This document shows, in pieces, positions 58,393-64,000 of a stretch of 64,000 nucleotides of DNA (the stretch's first letter is position 1; every line of letters starts with the position of its first letter). Location: the NCBI GenBank assembly GCA_041658185.1, contig JBBAAR010000001.1, positions 44,405 through 108,404 of the forward strand, given 5' to 3'. The notes under the pieces were generated by a model. The model was not told the origin of the DNA and did not search any database. It was given only the letters and a program-made list of their open reading frames with translations. This DNA comes from Elusimicrobiota bacterium (GTDB taxonomy: Bacteria > Elusimicrobiota > UBA8919). The position numbers and the translations under genes are program-made.

Positions 58393-58462
58393 GTTTTTTT
58401 AGTAAAATTTAAAAAAGGGACATAAAAAAGGGACAGGTACTTTTTTGTGTTTGTGTTTTCGT

Positions 58463-59152
58463 TCATTTCGCAGCCGCGCTTTTCTTCTTTGGTCTGCCTT
58501 TATGCGACCACAAAGATTTTAAACCCGATACTTTCATTGCTTCCACAAATTGTTCGCTCCCATAAGCACCAGATCTAAAAAATCTTTTCAATTGACGTTT
58601 TTCTTTATGTCCGGATGCGACAAAATCACGATATAATCGTCGTCTTTGTTCCGCAGTATCGCCCAACCCAAGATACTCTGGACTCAAATCCGTTATACCA
58701 TCATTTTTTCCTAATGCATACACCGTATAACTAGACCATTTGTAATCTTCCGGTTTACTGACCATTCCCGCTCTTACCGCATTTAGTTCAATATACCGCC
58801 CGCATTCAAGTAGATATCTACCGCTTTCAATAATAAAATTTTTAAATCTTTCCTCCCAAAGATGCCCGGTCCCACCATACTTTTTTCTGTAATATTGCGC
58901 ATAGAGAAGTTTTATACTTTTCAGTGCATCGCTCAATTTTTTGCCGGTTTCCGACTCAATTATTGCGTGAAAGTGATTGCTCATCAATTTATAATGATAA
59001 ATTTTAAGTCCATATCTTCGTTTGTAATACTTCACTAAACTTAAAAACTGCTTAAAATCTTTTTCATCGTGAAAAACTACTTGGCGATTATTCCCTCTGC
59101 TTAAAATATGGTAAATCCCGTTTTCTATCGTGAATCTTGCTCTACGCGGCAT
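58463..59152 (-). CDS. REP-associated tyrosine transposase (IS200/IS605-like Y1, RAYT)
   Basis: YHILSRGNNRQVVF, HUH motif LMSNHFHAII, GHLWEERFKNFII, catalytic-Tyr region GRYIELNAVRAGMVSKPEDYKWSSY. Confidence 0.8.
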   Translation of the reverse strand: MPRRARFTIENGIYHILSRGNNRQVVFHDEKDFKQFLSLVKYYKRRYGLKIYHYKLMSNHFHAIIESETGKKLSDALKSIKLLYAQYYRKKYGGTGHLWEERFKNFIIESGRYLLECGRYIELNAVRAGMVSKPEDYKWSSYTVYALGKNDGITDLSPEYLGLGDTAEQRRRLYRDFVASGHKEKRQLKRFFRSGAYGSEQFVEAMKVSGLKSLWSHKGRPKKKSAAAK

Positions 59153-59185
59153 TTTCGTTTCCCTCCGTATTAAAAATTCAAAAAC

Positions 59186-59683
59186 TCATAAAAATTGTAC
59201 CTGTCCCCTTTTTCTCAAATCAATATTTTTGCCGCCGAGAAATTCAAAATTGTCAGTTAACGAACCATGAGGAATATTCACTGCATGAGGAGGAACTGCC
59301 TGGTCTTGTGTCAGATGACAAATGTTACCCATGTAATAATAGACACCAATCTTTTCTCCGGAAAATTTATATTGCTCTTCATATAAATTTTTTAAGATTT
59401 TAATTTCCCATAAATCTTTTAAATCTTTAACATTAGCACCCATAGGAGTAGTATGCGCACTTTCTGCATCAAAACCATTACTACCATTTACAATGTCATT
59501 TGAAAATTTAACTATATCCGGATATTCACCAAGCTCTGATAAGAGACTGATAGATTGTTGAGCAAGAGGACCATGTGTATCAGGTAAAACAGCATTCCAA
59601 CCAAATGCTGAAATTTTCAATCTAAATAATATCCAAGGGACTAAAACAAATAGAAATAAAAAATTTCTTTTTTTAATAATCAT
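59186..59683 (-). CDS. secreted zinc-dependent phospholipase C / S1-P1 nuclease-fold protein, probably 3'-truncated by the REP
   Basis: Signal peptide, then GWNAVLPDTHGPLAQQSI (W...H start of the fold), FDAESAH, ICHLTQDQAVPPHAVN. The last 8 codons (KRGQVQFL*) are encoded by the REP copy at 59191..59215. Confidence 0.45.
   Translation of the reverse strand: MIIKKRNFLFLFVLVPWILFRLKISAFGWNAVLPDTHGPLAQQSISLLSELGEYPDIVKFSNDIVNGSNGFDAESAHTTPMGANVKDLKDLWEIKILKNLYEEQYKFSGEKIGVYYYMGNICHLTQDQAVPPHAVNIPHGSLTDNFEFLGGKNIDLRKRGQVQFL
59191..59215 (+). repeat. REP-type motif AAAATTGTACCTGTCCCCTTTTTCT (copy d)
   Basis: Core at 59198..59208. Confidence 0.8.
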
Positions 59684-61071
59684 TTCTTTTGGGGAATATA
59701 ATCTTTTCTTCTCAAAGAAAGACCTTCTAATGCGAGATCTATCTCTTGTTGAACTCCTTTATCTTTTTCAGTTTTGCGAAGGTCTTGTAAAATACGTATT
59801 ATTTTTTCTCTCGCAAATTCTCTACCAATATCTCCTAAAGAACTTATTGCAGAATTTCTATTTTCAGTATTGTCATCAGTTTTAATAACTTCTAATAAAA
59901 TATTAATTGATTCTTCGTCTTTAATGCATCCCAATTGTATTATTGCACTATCCTGTTCACGCGGAAGTTGCATAAGTCTTTTTAAAAAAGGAATGGCTTT
60001 CTTGGAACCACTATATCCGATAGCGGATATAATGGTCCATTTTAGAGAACCTCGGTCCCTACCTATTTCACCAAGTTTTTTATCTCTTTCATAAAATTCA
60101 TAAAGTTTTATTAAGTTATTCAAACTATCTTCATCATTAGTTTTTCCAATTATATAGCCAATTGATATAACAGCATCTTCTCGAATTTGTATATGCTGAT
60201 TGTCATCCTTAGCTATTTCAAATAATTGTGGAATTGCTTCCTTGTCTCTAATTCTTTTTATCACCGAACCAATGTTTTGCTTGGTTTCTTCATTTGATGT
60301 TTTAGCAATTTCTATTAACTTTGGTAAGATTTCTTTACCATAATAACCAAGTGTTTCAATTAGAGTCAGTGGCATAGTACCTTCATAATAATCTCTTGGT
60401 TGTTTATGTGAATCTATTTCTTTAAACTGTTTTAGTAAGATTGGTAAAGCTTTTTTTGATCTAATAACCCCACACATTTTTATTCCTATAAATTGTGCAC
60501 TAAATTTAGTGTCACGAAGCATTTTTACAAAAATTGGTTCTAACTGTTTATCTTCTGGAGTTATCTTTTCTAACACTTTGTATGCAGTTTTTGTCATATC
60601 TACATCATTCATTGTTAGCATATTTGTTACAAGTTTAACTTCTTTTTCTGTTTCTGGCTTTTTTTCTGCTAAAATTTTTAATAATTTATCTTTTTCTTCT
60701 TTTACTTTTCGTATTTTTTGAAATTCTTGCCTATTATCTTTTTCAAATTCCAATGCTTTATTACTATATGTTTCTTTGGAAAGACCACTAACACCTTGCA
60801 TTTGCTCTTTCCATTTTTTTCCTATGTTTTCTTCCAATTTATCCACATCTTTATTCATTTCTTTCCATCTATTCAGTTCTGTTACTATTTCGTCCATCGT
60901 GTATTTATTTACTTCCGTTTCTGGAATCGTTTGCACCGACATGGTAGATGATAAAATCGTTTCTTTACTTTTAACGTTTTTCGTTTCATCTTTAACGACC
61001 CTTGTTGAACTCTCCCCCCACCCCAACCCGACACCCACCACCATCACAACCATTAAAATTATTTTTCTCAT
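59680..61071 (-). CDS. secreted coiled-coil + HEAT-repeat protein, function unknown
   Basis: Signal peptide MRKIILMVVMVVGVGLGWG. Lys/Glu-rich coiled region. HEAT-like repeats (QIREDAVISIGYI, NRNSAISSLGDIG). Confidence 0.55.
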   Translation of the reverse strand: MRKIILMVVMVVGVGLGWGESSTRVVKDETKNVKSKETILSSTMSVQTIPETEVNKYTMDEIVTELNRWKEMNKDVDKLEENIGKKWKEQMQGVSGLSKETYSNKALEFEKDNRQEFQKIRKVKEEKDKLLKILAEKKPETEKEVKLVTNMLTMNDVDMTKTAYKVLEKITPEDKQLEPIFVKMLRDTKFSAQFIGIKMCGVIRSKKALPILLKQFKEIDSHKQPRDYYEGTMPLTLIETLGYYGKEILPKLIEIAKTSNEETKQNIGSVIKRIRDKEAIPQLFEIAKDDNQHIQIREDAVISIGYIIGKTNDEDSLNNLIKLYEFYERDKKLGEIGRDRGSLKWTIISAIGYSGSKKAIPFLKRLMQLPREQDSAIIQLGCIKDEESINILLEVIKTDDNTENRNSAISSLGDIGREFAREKIIRILQDLRKTEKDKGVQQEIDLALEGLSLRRKDYIPQKK

Positions 61072-61107
61072 AAATTCTTAACCTCCAACATGTTTTTTAA
61101 TTTTTAG

Positions 61108-61545
61108 TTATACTAAATTTGTCTTTGAATTCCTATAACAGTTATTTATCAACCCGTCATCTATCTTGTCATTATTATTAGCGTCTATGTCAGGAGAGAA
61201 GTTTTTATCACCGTCTTGAACCTTTACCCATAGTGTATATTCGCCTTTGCGAAGGGCTTCCCCTTTTACTGCACCTGTCCAGTTAATATTAAATTCTCTC
61301 TCCCGATTGAGATTCAGCGGATACCTTTTCGTGTTCAATTTTATCATACCAAATTTTATTATTTTGTCAAAAAAAATCATAGCAATTGTGGAAAAGAAAT
61401 CTTTTTTCACTAATACTAACGGTGTTACTATTGTTTGTTCTGCAACCTCCATCGGCTGAATAAAAGATTTTTCACACCAGTGGCAAATTTGTTCTTCATC
61501 AGGGCAATAGTTCTTACAATGCGAACATTGCTTACTCATATACAT
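61108..61545 (-). CDS. hypothetical protein with N-terminal zinc ribbon
   Basis: CSHCKNYCPDEEQICHWC followed by a hydrophobic stretch and a beta-rich C-terminus. SD GGAG 8 nt upstream. Confidence 0.5.
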   Translation of the reverse strand: MYMSKQCSHCKNYCPDEEQICHWCEKSFIQPMEVAEQTIVTPLVLVKKDFFSTIAMIFFDKIIKFGMIKLNTKRYPLNLNREREFNINWTGAVKGEALRKGEYTLWVKVQDGDKNFSPDIDANNNDKIDDGLINNCYRNSKTNLV

Positions 61546-61560
61546 ACACTCCGTAAAAAC

Positions 61561-61720
61561 AAAAAAGCCAAGTTACCTAAAACAACTGTGCCCAATTATT
61601 GAACACAGCATTATCTTCGGTAACCCGGCTAACTTTTATCCTTCGGCAACTCGGCGAACTCTCAAAAAGTCCCGTGGTTTTGCGTCCCCGACTCGCGTCG
61701 GCTCTGGCTTTTGCCAGAGG
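61561..61720 (-). promoter_or_regulatory. probable GEMM-I (c-di-GMP-I class) cyclic-dinucleotide riboswitch with intrinsic terminator
   Basis: Minus strand: UCUGGC-AAAAGCCAGAG-CCGAC-GCGA-GUCGG-GGACGCAAAACCACGGGAC...GUUAGCCGGGUUACCGAAG. It has a GNRA-capped hairpin, the ACGCAAA(G/A)CC-CGGG core and the AGCCGGGUUACCGA 3' strand. AGCCGGGUUACC (61630..61619) can alternatively pair with GGUAACUUGGCU (61577..61566), which is followed by U6. Confidence 0.6.
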
Positions 61721-61926
61721 GTCTTCTCCCGCCTAACGGCAGGTCAGACCGTGTGCCTTTATCGTGTTAACTTTATCTAATTTTCAAAGAAACAAAAAGC
61801 CCCTGACTTTTTCGCCAAGGGTTTATAAGGGTATTATGTTCTGAATTTATTTACTTGAACGTAAGAGTAGGTATTATTACACTTCACTACTGCTCCCTTA
61901 CTTTTACTTCTTTTACATCCGCTATA

Positions 61927-61955
61927 AGTATAAAGTATTTTAGGCGTTTTGTCAA
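61927..61955 (-). promoter_or_regulatory. sigma70-type promoter TTGACA-N17-TATACT upstream of the riboswitch leader
   Basis: Minus strand: TTGACA at 61955..61950 and TATACT at 61932..61927. Confidence 0.6.
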
Positions 61956-61974
61956 GCACTTTTTGCACTTTTGG

Positions 61975-62000
61975 AAAATTGTACCTGTCCCTTTTTTATT
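61975..62000 (+). repeat. REP-type motif GAAAATTGTACCTGTCCCTTTTTTAT (copy e)
   Basis: Core at 61981..61991, immediately 3' of the uvrA stop. Confidence 0.8.
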
Positions 62001-62001
62001 T

Positions 62002-64000
62002 TTACAACATTTCTTTTAGGTATTTCGTAGTATAAGATTTTTCGGATTTAAGTATATTTTTGAGAACGCCTTGATACACAACCTCGCCGCCCTTGTCGCC
62101 GCCGTCAGGACCCAAATCAACGAGCCAGTCGGCAGTTTTTATCACATCTAAATTGTGCTCAATAACAATAACTGTATTGCCCGCATCAACGAGACGGTGC
62201 AGAACCTCCAAAAGTTTATGAATATCAGCAAAATGAAGCCCCGTCGTCGGCTCATCCAAAATATAAACGGTCTTTCCTGTCGCCCTTTTTGTAAGTTCCG
62301 ACGAAAGTTTTACCCTCTGCGCCTCGCCGCCGGAAAGCGTTGTCGCCGACTGACCCAATTTCATGTATCCCAATCCGACATCGTAAAGTGTGAGCAGTGT
62401 CTTTTTTATCTGCGGAATATTTTCAAAAAATTTCTGCCCCTCCTCAACGGACATATTTAACACTTCCGAGATATTTTTGTTTTTATATTTTACGGAAAGC
62501 GTTTCCTCGTTGAATCTGGCGCCCTTGCAGACCTCGCATTTTACATAAACATCCGGTAAAAACTGCATCTCTATTTTAATAGTTCCGTCGCCGCCGCACG
62601 CCTCACACCGGCCGCCTTTCACATTAAAAGAAAATCTGCCCGGCGTATAGCCCCTCATTTTTGATTGCGGAAGTTTGCTGAATAAATCCCTTATATGCGT
62701 ATAGACGCCGGTGTATGTCGCGGGGTTGCTCCGGGGCGTTCTTCCTATCGGCGATTGGTCCACTATAATAACTTTGTCAATGTTTTGCCAACCCAAAATA
62801 TCTCTGTGCATTCCCGGAATTTCTTTTGAGTTGTAAATTTTATGCGTCAGTGATTTGTATAAAATTTCGTAGATGAGAGTTGATTTTCCGCTCCCCGAAA
62901 CGCCGGTTATCGCCGTAAAATTTCCCAGCGGAATTTGGACATTTATGTTTTTTAGATTGAACTGCGCGGCGCCTTTTATCTCTAAAAATTTTTTAATTTT
63001 TCTTTTTGATTTTTCCGGAATGGGAATTTCTAATTTGCCGTTTAAGTATTTTGCCGTCAGAGATTTTTCATTTTTGAGGAAATCCTCAATTTTGCCTGCG
63101 AAAACAATCTCGCCGCCGTTTTCTCCGGCACCTGGACCCAAATCAATAATATAGTCGGCGGACCGAATCGTTTCTTCGTCGTGTTCAACCACAATTAGTG
63201 TATTACCGAGATTTTTTAAATTTGAAAGCGTGTCCAAAAGCCGCCTGTTATCCCTCTGGTGAAGCCCGATGGTCGGCTCGTCCAAAACATACAAAACACC
63301 GACGAGACCGGAGCCTATTTGAGTCGCTAACTGTATCCTCTGCGACTCGCCGCCGGCAAGTGTGGATGACTCCCTTCCCAATGTGATGTAGTCAAGCCCT
63401 ACGTTTTCCAAAAATGAAAGCCGGGCAGTTATTTCTTTTGTTATTTCTTTTGATATAAATTTTTCGGTTTCGGTTAATTGAACATTTTTAAAAAATTCAA
63501 GCGCATCTTTTATTGACATTCCGGTAATTTCTGAAATATTTTTCCCGCTGAAGGTAACTGCGAGCGATTCGTCTTTGAGACGATGACCGCGGCATTTTTC
63601 GCATACTTTTGAACGCATAAATTTTGTGAAAATTTCTTCGCGGACATATTCCGACTCCGTTTCTTTATACCTTCTTTCAAGATTCCCGATAACACCCTCA
63701 AATTCACTGTCGCCGTATAGCAAAAATTTCTGATTTTCGTGGGAGAGTTTCTTAAAAGGAGTATCAAGCGAAAAATTATGACGGCGGGCAAGAGCGCTTA
63801 AAAGAGAAAAATAATAATTTGACCAGGCACCCGACCAGCGATGCCTTTTTGTTGTGATTGGTTTTGACCACGGAAGAATTGCACCGTCATAGACGGACAA
63901 ATTTTTATCCGGCACAACAAGTCCTTCGTCAACCTCTATTTTTGTACCGAGCCCGTCACATGTAGGACACGCACCGTAAGGAGCGTTAAATGAAAAAAAT
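62002..64000 (-). CDS. uvrA: excinuclease ABC subunit A (C-terminal ~665 aa; N-terminus beyond the right edge)
   Basis: Two ABC modules ([44 protein letters not shown]) and zinc-finger cysteines ([14 protein letters not shown]...CEVCKG). The frame stays open upstream of M63915 to position 64000. Confidence 0.9.
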   Translation of the reverse strand, partial: FFSFNAPYGACPTCDGLGTKIEVDEGLVVPDKNLSVYDGAILPWSKPITTKRHRWSGAWSNYYFSLLSALARRHNFSLDTPFKKLSHENQKFLLYGDSEFEGVIGNLERRYKETESEYVREEIFTKFMRSKVCEKCRGHRLKDESLAVTFSGKNISEITGMSIKDALEFFKNVQLTETEKFISKEITKEITARLSFLENVGLDYITLGRESSTLAGGESQRIQLATQIGSGLVGVLYVLDEPTIGLHQRDNRRLLDTLSNLKNLGNTLIVVEHDEETIRSADYIIDLGPGAGENGGEIVFAGKIEDFLKNEKSLTAKYLNGKLEIPIPEKSKRKIKKFLEIKGAAQFNLKNINVQIPLGNFTAITGVSGSGKSTLIYEILYKSLTHKIYNSKEIPGMHRDILGWQNIDKVIIVDQSPIGRTPRSNPATYTGVYTHIRDLFSKLPQSKMRGYTPGRFSFNVKGGRCEACGGDGTIKIEMQFLPDVYVKCEVCKGARFNEETLSVKYKNKNISEVLNMSVEEGQKFFENIPQIKKTLLTLYDVGLGYMKLGQSATTLSGGEAQRVKLSSELTKRATGKTVYILDEPTTGLHFADIHKLLEVLHRLVDAGNTVIVIEHNLDVIKTADWLVDLGPDGGDKGGEVVYQGVLKNILKSEKSYTTKYLKEML

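Larger units (their letters stand above)
58411..59215 (-). mobile_element. RAYT unit: REP-associated tyrosine transposase gene flanked by inverted REP motifs
   Basis: GGGACAGGTAC at 58430..58440 (plus a partial GGGACA at 58418) and its reverse complement GTACCTGTCCC at 59198..59208 bracket the Y1 transposase ORF. Confidence 0.75.

Noticed and set aside
61561-61830. GC-richer structured region considered as SRP RNA, 6S RNA, tmRNA or RNase P RNA.
   Set aside because: It has none of these features: an SRP domain-IV GGAA/AGCA motif, a tRNA-like 3' end or tag ORF, or the RNase P CR-I/CR-IV sequences. Its position directly upstream of a gene, with a terminator, fits a riboswitch leader better.

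Overview
64-kb window from an AT-rich, apparently uncultivated diderm bacterium (Tol-Pal genes, Pal lipoprotein, OprO/P-type porin). There are about 60 protein genes, nearly all on the minus strand, plus one plus-strand block at 20460-28948. I found no rRNA, tRNA or CRISPR. All calls are by eye from the translations and DNA; no HMM or BLAST was run.

Gene content:
(1) An N-heterocycle catabolism island holds three complete xanthine-dehydrogenase-family Mo/FeS/FAD enzymes in three different gene orders. With them are MocA, XdhC, a MoaD/ThiS-like GG-terminal protein, a porin-modABC uptake operon and two TRZ/ATZ-type amidohydrolases, one of them SsnA-like. A panD-dihydropyrimidinase-DPD operon also belongs here.
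(2) A tightly coupled operon encodes a cupin, an SsnA-like protein, a LarA-like protein, an FAD oxidase and an orphan Fe-S hydro-lyase alpha subunit.
(3) Envelope genes: pal, cpoB, a TonB/TolA-like gene, tolB, TPR and HEAT proteins, and a DUF2723 glycosyltransferase.
(4) pckG, mgtE, a CNT nucleoside transporter and a partial uvrA.

Mobile or accessory content:
- A RAYT (IS200-like Y1 transposase) is flanked by inverted REP motifs. Three further REP copies occur, and REP copies cut into two ORFs.
- An ORF6N gene is inserted between two diverged copies of the DPD gene 3' end.
- A RelE/RHH toxin-antitoxin pair.

Most interesting signals:
(a) A probable GEMM-I cyclic-dinucleotide riboswitch with a competing terminator sits in front of an AT-rich operon of secreted proteins of unknown function.
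(b) Two families of intercistronic elements show compensatory, covariation-like changes between copies. Family R has the conserved hairpin loop AACGCYTCR. Family E is built from tandem 10-nt words plus their complements, and the core word is swapped in one copy.
(c) Signal-peptide hydrophobic cores of at least six unrelated genes are encoded by tandem 7-8-nt repeats.
(d) A Phd/YefM-like domain is fused to a degenerate MocA-like domain at the head of the mod/xdh operon.
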